DNA of 63,819 nucleotides, filler included, from Vannella sp. (lineage: Eukaryota), in NCBI GenBank assembly GCA_023345925.1. It is 6 parts of 6 records of this genome, joined end to end, with 100 filler letters (N's around TTAATTAATTAA, not from the genome) between each part and the next. Parts side by side here need not be neighbours in the genome. Positions count along the whole stretch, not along the records: positions 45,312 to 60,127 come from JAJQQN010000172.1; positions 60,228 to 63,819 come from JAJQQN010000552.1; 4 more parts are not named here. The stretch is one strand, 5' to 3'. Of this stretch, positions 57,225 through 63,819 are shown piece after piece (position 1 is the first letter of the stretch; each line of letters opens with the position of its first letter). Made by a program: the position numbers and the translations under genes. The notes beneath the pieces were generated by a model. That model was not told the DNA's origin, did not search any database, and saw only the letters and a program-made list of their open reading frames with translations.

Positions 57225-57774
57225 AACATGGAATTCACCTTTCTTCTTCAGCCCACGGGCCCAAGAGCAACTAGAGAACTTTTCGACTCCTCAACGAAGA
57301 ATAACATCCATCAATGGTCCTCTTGGCTCCACAATCATTCATCAATCATAGCCACTCGCTGTAGGGACGACTCATTCCCTTCAACCTCGGATGTCCGATT
57401 CTCTCACTCGAGGAGAACGCCTCATTCGTTCGAATCTTCCTTTGGTAAGAGGGAAGAGGTGCTCAAGCGATAAGAAAGCTGAAAAGGATGAAGGCCCCAC
57501 TGAATCGGGTTCCTTTCATGATCTCCAGACCAAGAGCCTTAAAAGTTGGTACGAATGTGAAGAGGTGCGGAAAAGAAGGAGCACGTCCCCGTTCGCCAGC
57601 AAAGCCCATAGAATGCCTTCTTACTGCCTCGATCAACTAGCATAGTTGCTGACCCACCTACCGAACCACAAATGGATTAGGAAGACACCAACAATTGCTT
57701 TTTCCAAATAAGATTAATTCAAGATTAATTCAAAGATTAGCTCCCTAATTTGGTCACTGAGTTAGGACTGTGTC

Positions 57775-59635
57775 ATGATACCGCTGCTTTTGAAGCTGAG
57801 GTAAGTTGGAGGTGGTACATTGCCATGCGGATGGTACAGGGCGCTGCCACTGATCTGGTCAGGGTCAAGTTCTCAAGCAAAGGTCACCACCGTTCAAGGA
57901 AAACAGTTTCGATATGGATAAACGATCGGTTATCGGGTTCTTCAGGAAGGCCGTTCTGTATTTAGTTTCTGCCTGCCTCATGCATCAACCACCGAGCAAA
58001 AGTCTCCGTAGGAAATCAGAGTCGAAGTCAGCGAGATCTGCACGTCAGGTCGAGCAACCTGTGGACGAAGGACTGATCCTTTCCATCCCCCTTCCAGGGC
58101 GTCATGCCAAGCGTAGAACAGAGGCCCGTGCTTCTGTAGCTATCAGAGACGGGAACAAGCACCTTACATGCGGTGTGGTCCTCGCTGAACGAGTCAAAAC
58201 CATCAAGGTGGTTGTGGAAGGCGAAGTTTCGATTGTCATGTGGCTGGTCCTTGGCAAAGGCTCGCCAGAAACGGTCGCATCTGTGCAAGAGATTCTCTCA
58301 AAGCGCATACGGTAAGCCCCTTTGAGAGCTCACCTCCTGCTTAACCTTTGTCCAGAGCAAGTTCGAAAGTTACGACCGACTTTGGGGAACATGCGCTCTT
58401 CCTCAATAACCACCGCTTGAACCCTGAAGAACTACTGGAACCAAGATGCAAGCAAGGCAAAGAGCTGTGTTACAAGTCCATTCTTCCCGGAAAGAAAGCT
58501 GAAGCGGCCGGCAGCTCCTTCTTTCGCCGTCTCAGCTTGGCTTCTGTGGACTTTTCGAGCATGCCCAACACTCGTAACCTACGCTCCTCACTCGTAGATC
58601 TTCAAGTTGAAGCTCTCAAGATCGAGATTAGGTCAGTGAAGGAAAGGCTCGAGAAATCAGAGACAAGCTTGCAGGTATTTCATCCTCAGATGGAATCAGG
58701 CACACTCTAACAGGATCGGGATAGCACCTAAGGAACATGTCGCCCGACACGACCGGAAATGTTCAAATCATAAGCAAGTTGGGCACTGGTGCAGAGGGGA
58801 CTGTCTACAGCTGCTACTTAAACGGCTGGATTTGCGCCATGAAGGAAGCGAATGTCTACTATGATTCAGATTTCAACGAGATGAGCATCCTTCGAAGTCT
58901 TCCTCCCCATCCCAATATCGTTCGATACTTCTTTCATCGCTCCAACAACGAATGCACTCAACTCTTCCTCCAGCAGTACTCTGGCACCCTATCAGACCTG
59001 ATAAGACAGAGGAGAGATTCCGGATTATCATTCACGCCCGTTGAGATTCTGGCAATCCTCACTGATATTGCTTGCGGGATGAAGTTCCTTCACTCCAACA
59101 AGATCATTCACAGAGGTCCGTTCCTCTTCATCCCCTCTTCCTCCTGTACGCTCACTCGACCCATAGATTTGAAGGCGGAGAACATCTTTGTTCTCCAGAT
59201 ACTGAATGAGAAACCTCTCTTCGTGATAGGAGATCTCGACACAGCAAAGAGGACTTTGTCCGAAAAAGCCTATTCAACCATTGGGACGCCCTGCTTTATC
59301 GCTCCAGAGGTCCTTACTTCCAACGAAGCAGGATACACGAATAAGGTGGATAGTAAGTGCTTTGTTCTCTTGCTTGAGATTAACAGGTTTTAGTCTACTC
59401 CTTTGGGATGATCCTTTTTCAACTGCTGACGCTCGATTTACCCTATCAAGAGGAGGGAAAGTCTTGGAAGATAACACAAAGAGTGTTAGATGGAGTGCCT
59501 CCAGAGTTTCCGATTCTAGGAGAAGAATTCCATCCTCTTCAAGAGCTCTTTCACAAATGCACCCGGCTCTCTCCCTCGGAGAGAATCAAAACTTCCGCAC
59601 TCTGCAAGCTACTTTCAGATCTCTCACTCACTTAA
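57775..59635 (+). CDS. Ser/Thr-type protein kinase with long N-terminal extension, multi-exon; 5' structure uncertain
   Basis: LGTGAEGTVY, CAMKE, PHPNIVRY, IIHR|DLKAENIF (51-nt intron 59116-59166), GDLDTAK, GTPCFIAPEV, YSFGMIL. Confidence 0.8.
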
Positions 59636-60127
59636 GAATGAATCTGCTACCTTCTGTCCTAACCCCATCCAATCGTTTTCTGCATCAATGATCGGTTCGT
59701 CATCGCAAATGATTGATGCTTCTGGGAATACAGTCTGCTAGCTCATTTGGCGTTAAGATCCTGAACGATGTGCCACAACGAGAGAGTTAACGGCCCAGTA
59801 AACCACGTCCGATGGTTGAAAAGTACCTCTAAATTCGATCGTGACCTTAACCAATGAATTTTTTATGTGTTTTGGTTGATGCACTCTTTGGGCTCCTTTG
59901 ACCAAACAGAGGATTCACCTCAAACATCCTTTTCAGTTGAGTTGACTACTCAGGGATGAGATTAAATGTTGGTTGAACAGGTAGCCACCAACTTTTTCTA
60001 TCTAATCCGATATCTTTGATATCTCTACTCGATCAGATGGTCTCAAAGACTCAGCTTCCGGAAAGTGGCACATTTTGGGTCGTTTTCTCTGAAGATGGTT
60101 CGGAATTTCCCATTTTCATAGAACTGA

Positions 60128-60227
60128 NNNNNNNNNNNNNNNNNNNNNNNNNNNNNNNNNNNNNNNNNNNNTTAATTAATTAANNNNNNNNNNNNNNNNN
60201 NNNNNNNNNNNNNNNNNNNNNNNNNNN
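60128..60227. other. Artificial contig linker
   Basis: N-run/TTAATTAATTAA/N-run. Confidence 0.98.
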
Positions 60228-60750
60228 GCTCTGGAGTGCTCTCGCAGTCGACCGTGGCGGCTGAAACGTTGCTGGCGTTGGTCTGGCAGAGGTCGGCCCA
60301 CCTAGAAGCAGAGGATTCACAGCCATCGCAATCAGGAGTGGTGCTGCGGAGTGTCAGATGGCAACGAGATCGCTGGATTGCTTACAAAAGGATCAACAAT
60401 CCGCCCTCCAAGCCCGTTACAACTTGGTTAACGTGGGTATAGTTCAGTATCATAACGCCCCCATCCTCTACCATCACCTCGCCATGCCCAACAGCAAGCA
60501 GACCGAACAATAAGCACGTCCTCGCAGCCCACAACCCCATCTCACCCCCGAATGATGTCCGAAATCACTGTCCACCTCTGAAAGCACTCCACAAGGAGCC
60601 CAATGAAGCAATGCGAAGGGAAGGATGGCGAGGCTCGGCCAATCAGCTTCCTCATCGTTCCCCTTCATTTTGGGGATCGTGCTCAAGTCTTCCGAGCAGA
60701 TGGCTTCCTTCAACAGTTGTCCATCCCCCTAAAGGACCTTTATGTTCCTC

Positions 60751-61593
60751 TCATCGCCCAGTGCGGGGGCGAGTGGACTCGGTCCGACGGCGTTTGGAGG
60801 GGAAATCCTCATCACGAGAGGCTTCTGGTTTGGATCGCTTCTTTGGTGGGCTACTACGCTTGCTAGGATCGAGATGGAACTGCTGGCAGAGCTCGTTGAT
60901 CCCAAAGAGGACCAAATGGAACTGATTCGTCCGCAACTGCAACAAGCTCGCGCTCTCTTTGTCCTTCTCCTCGAGAGTAGCTATCTCAGCTTCTAGCTCA
61001 GCGATATCCCTGCATAGACAATGTGTGAGAGAGTGGGAGGGAGGACGAGGCCTCCCTTCTTCTTACTTGGCACTCTGATCACGTGAAGGGTACTTCATCA
61101 CTAAGCTGGCAATGGTATCGCATTCCTCCTTGCTTTGGCGCTTGAACTTCTCTCGTTTGAGCTGTTCTCTGGTCTCCTCCAGTTCGAGGCGGCCTGCTTC
61201 AATGGTTTTGACTATTCCCTTCACTGTCAGTACCTCCCTGGAGCACATTTAGAGACTCACGTAGCTCTTCTTTGGCTTGAGCGAACTCGACCAGCTGGCG
61301 CTCGCCTGTGTTTGCAGAAACTTCGAGTTTTCGAAGGAACAGTTGGCACTGGACGATGCAAAGCATCACATTCTCTCGATTGGGCTTACTATAGTGATAT
61401 TAGATGAGAACAGCCCCTCTCACTGACTTGTCAAGGTAAGGTGGGAGGGAGCAAAGCCTTACCAGTCCTCTGCGCTTTGACTTTCGTCCCGGATGGCAGC
61501 GAGGTACTCCAGGAACACTGAATAGAGAGACTTTTGGACCGTATCCTTTGCCAACAGCCGTCTTGCAATAATCCCCTCTGCCCTCTCTGTCAT
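60751..61593 (-). CDS. THOC7: THO complex subunit 7 (THOC7/Mft1-like), 4 exons
   Basis: Spliced: EGIIARRLL...RQSKEECDTIASLVMKYPSRDQS..IAELEAEIATL...LQLRTNQFHLVLFGINEL. Confidence 0.8.
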
Positions 61594-62002
61594 GACCCCA
61601 CCTGAGGGGCAGCACGGCCTCCCTACCTAACACGGCGGCGCTCATTCAAATGAATTTAGGGCTTCTAAATAACATCAAAATGCCACGACTCGTTCATTCA
61701 TGACACCGACGAGAAACATCTTGAGCTTTACAATAATCAGGTTTTTTTTCTTTTTTTTTCTTTTTTTTCCTTCCGAGGGAGGATTCACCGCCTGGTCAGT
61801 CAACCACGTCTTGATTTTGTTGTTGGCCTGCCCATATCATTCAACTGCTCATATCCATCGATTCCATCAAAGAAAGCTGCCCTGATTGCTTCGTTCGAAC
61901 TGAGAGAGTACCCGAGACGACTTTCATGTTCGGAAAGAACGCCTTTATCTGGCGACTTTCCTTGGTTATCTTCCAAACCAAAGAATGTACCTTGTCAAGA
62001 AC

Positions 62003-63553
62003 TCACACGCTTAGGGATGGCGAGCTTTCACTCTGTTGAGTTCCTTCTCCAGAAGATGGTAAAAAGCTGCTGGGAGATTCAAAGTGCCACAGATTGGAGG
62101 GTGAATGGGCCAAGGGGGCGATCACGCGATGCCCTCTGAACCCACCCAAGGGATCATAACGCGCTTTGACTTGTTGTAAGCGTTCATAGTTGGTTCCAAA
62201 AGCTCTCTGTGGCTTCCCCGTGCAATCAATATTGAGATATCCCCCGCCTATGTGACATAGATGAGAGGCAGGAGCAGTCTCTCGTGCTTGATTGAGTTCC
62301 CTGGCGTAGCGTTCTGATACCCTCCGAGCGTTTTCTAAGAAAGTGGCACTTTCTGTACCCGGTGCAGGAGAGAAGATACAATGCATCTCAAAAAGAGCCT
62401 TCCTGTGGGCGAAACAAGAAGTCTCTTCAGGTATGCTGCTGATCCTCCCCCCCAACGGAACAATCTCGAAGGTGGCGAACACTTCCTTGGCCACATTGGC
62501 GTCACTGAGCAGAGGTTCGATTACAGAGTGATACAGCAGTACCAAAGTGTCTTTGCAGTCTATGTTAGACTGCTTTGGTGTCAAATAGACAGAGCGAGAC
62601 CACACAATGAGGGACCCGTGTTCGTTCCCTCGATCAAAGTATTGGTTGATCTCCTGGATCGGAAGGCGCTTCAGGTTAGCGCTCTTCAAGTAAGGAGATA
62701 GGAACAGTGCTTCTTGCCAACCCTCCTCTTCCCTGTCAAGAGCAACGTCGGTCCCGCACACAAAGATTGCAGCTGAAGTGATGAAACAGTACAGTGCGAT
62801 CGAGTTAGGCGCTGAGGCACACTGTGATGCATAAAGAGCAAGCACTTCGTCCACATGAGCCAGGGAGAAGCACCATTCACCGTACAGGCAATGAGGAGGG
62901 ACACTGGTAGGGCGAAAGTCGAAGCGGGTGACCACTCCAAAGTTGCCTCCTCCGCCCCGAAGAGCCCACAACAAGTCGGGGTTCTCATCTTCACTCGCTT
63001 GGACAATCTCACCGTCTGCTAAGACCACTTCGGCGCTCACCATTGCGTCGCAACTCATCCCACCAGCCCGTGAGAGCCAGCCTGTTCCACCACCAAGCGT
63101 CAACCCACCGACTCCTGTATGTGATATCAATCCACATGGCACAGAAAGACCTAGAGGTGCGGCAACAGCGTCAACATCAGACCAAAGGCATCCTCCTCCC
63201 ACCTCCATCAGTTCCAAGTCTGGGCGGTAGATTACGCTCCGCAGCTTGGATAGATCGATCAGTATCGCTCCATCTGCGATGCAGCTGCCTGCTACGTTGT
63301 GGCCTGGTGGGACAGTGAGCCAAACGAAGAGAGCTTCGGCGAACAAACCCCCTCCTCGGACGGTGAAAGCCTGCCTTCGCTTCGTACAAGCGCGTAGCAC
63401 AGCAGCTACTTCAAGCGAGTCCCTGGGGAACGCCGCAGCCAAAGGAAATCGGTCCACCAGCCCATTCCAACAAAGCCGAACCTCAGAATACCTCCGAGAG
63501 CTTGGTAGGACTCCCTCCTCCCCCACCAACAAGACCAGCTCACTCAACTTCAT
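62003..63553 (-). CDS. FAD-linked oxidase (berberine-bridge-enzyme / 6-hydroxy-D-nicotine oxidase-like); 45-nt intron 63304-63348
   Basis: After splicing VRGGGHNVAG; TGVGGLTLGGGTGWLSR..G..CD; DLLWALRGGGGNFGVVTRF; YLN...FGTNYERLQQVKARYDP (BBE tail). Confidence 0.92.
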   Translation of the reverse strand: MKLSELVLLVGEEGVLPSSRRYSEVRLCWNGLVDRFPLAAAFPRDSLEVAAVLRACTKRRQAFTVRGGGLFAEALFVWLTVPPGHNVAGSCIADGAILIDLSKLRSVIYRPDLELMEVGGGCLWSDVDAVAAPLGLSVPCGLISHTGVGGLTLGGGTGWLSRAGGMSCDAMVSAEVVLADGEIVQASEDENPDLLWALRGGGGNFGVVTRFDFRPTSVPPHCLYGEWCFSLAHVDEVLALYASQCASAPNSIALYCFITSAAIFVCGTDVALDREEEGWQEALFLSPYLKSANLKRLPIQEINQYFDRGNEHGSLIVWSRSVYLTPKQSNIDCKDTLVLLYHSVIEPLLSDANVAKEVFATFEIVPLGGRISSIPEETSCFAHRKALFEMHCIFSPAPGTESATFLENARRVSERYARELNQARETAPASHLCHIGGGYLNIDCTGKPQRAFGTNYERLQQVKARYDPLGGFRGHRVIAPLAHSPSNLWHFESPSSFLPSSGEGTQQSESSPSLSV

Positions 63554-63819
63554 TCCCCTCGGGCTTCGCGAAAAATGCAATCAAGTCAGATTTCAAAGAA
63601 GAAAAACATGAGGGGTAACCATGCCATTTTCCCCTCTCGATAGTAAACATTCACAGCCATTTAGTTTCCGCATGACAGCTTGGTGTAGAGTCAGGGATGG
63701 TAATGTCGCCCGGTCGAAAAAGTCGCCCACTTAAACCCTAAACCCTTCAAAATGATCTTGATTTTTTAATCAGTTTGTGAGTGAATTCAGAAGCTCAATG
63801 TCTTCCTTTGAGAAATGAG

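Noticed and set aside
57709..57740. AAGATTAATTC x2-3 repeat (also ACTACAGTCC x2 at 24341)
   Set aside because: Short slippage-type duplications with no further structure.
59640..60127. snRNA or tRNA candidate in the long non-coding stretch (Sm-like AATTTTTTATG)
   Set aside because: No cloverleaf or recognisable U-snRNA sequence could be found by eye.
60228..60720. Partial + strand coding end after the linker
   Set aside because: It may be a truncated gene tail, but it is too short and featureless to support a call.

Overview
Gene-dense nuclear DNA of a microbial eukaryote, most likely an amoebozoan (TSET subunit, ABP34-like actin bundler, YakA, LRR-RasGEF, fimbrin-type ABD). It uses the standard code, short GT-AG introns (about 45-85 nt) and often <100 bp between genes. 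The window is six contigs joined by 100-bp N/TTAATTAATTAA linkers, so adjacency across linkers means nothing. About 40 genes are recognisable, mostly housekeeping (ubiquitin, CWF18, prohibitin, MED13, mitochondrial RNA polymerase, HCCS, RPL13A, ELO, ABCB10, AADAT, THOC7). Elements the ORF track misses: an intron-hosted C/D snoRNA with an LSU rRNA guide in a non-coding host (470-599), a many-exon ATPase-degenerate MCM (MCMDC2-like) gene (35732-37844), a spliced 66-aa membrane microprotein, and several deletion-riddled pseudogenes. Unusual proteins: a Tse2-like ADP-ribosyltransferase-fold gene, a NuiA-like/cupin divergent pair, a compact RING-IBR-like + RCR E3, an OTU-PFU-PUL fusion, a fimbrin-ABD/coiled-coil/PH protein, a MIR-less O-mannosyltransferase and a RhoGAP lacking its arginine finger. 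All family calls come from motif recognition by eye; no searches were run, and exon boundaries are manual.
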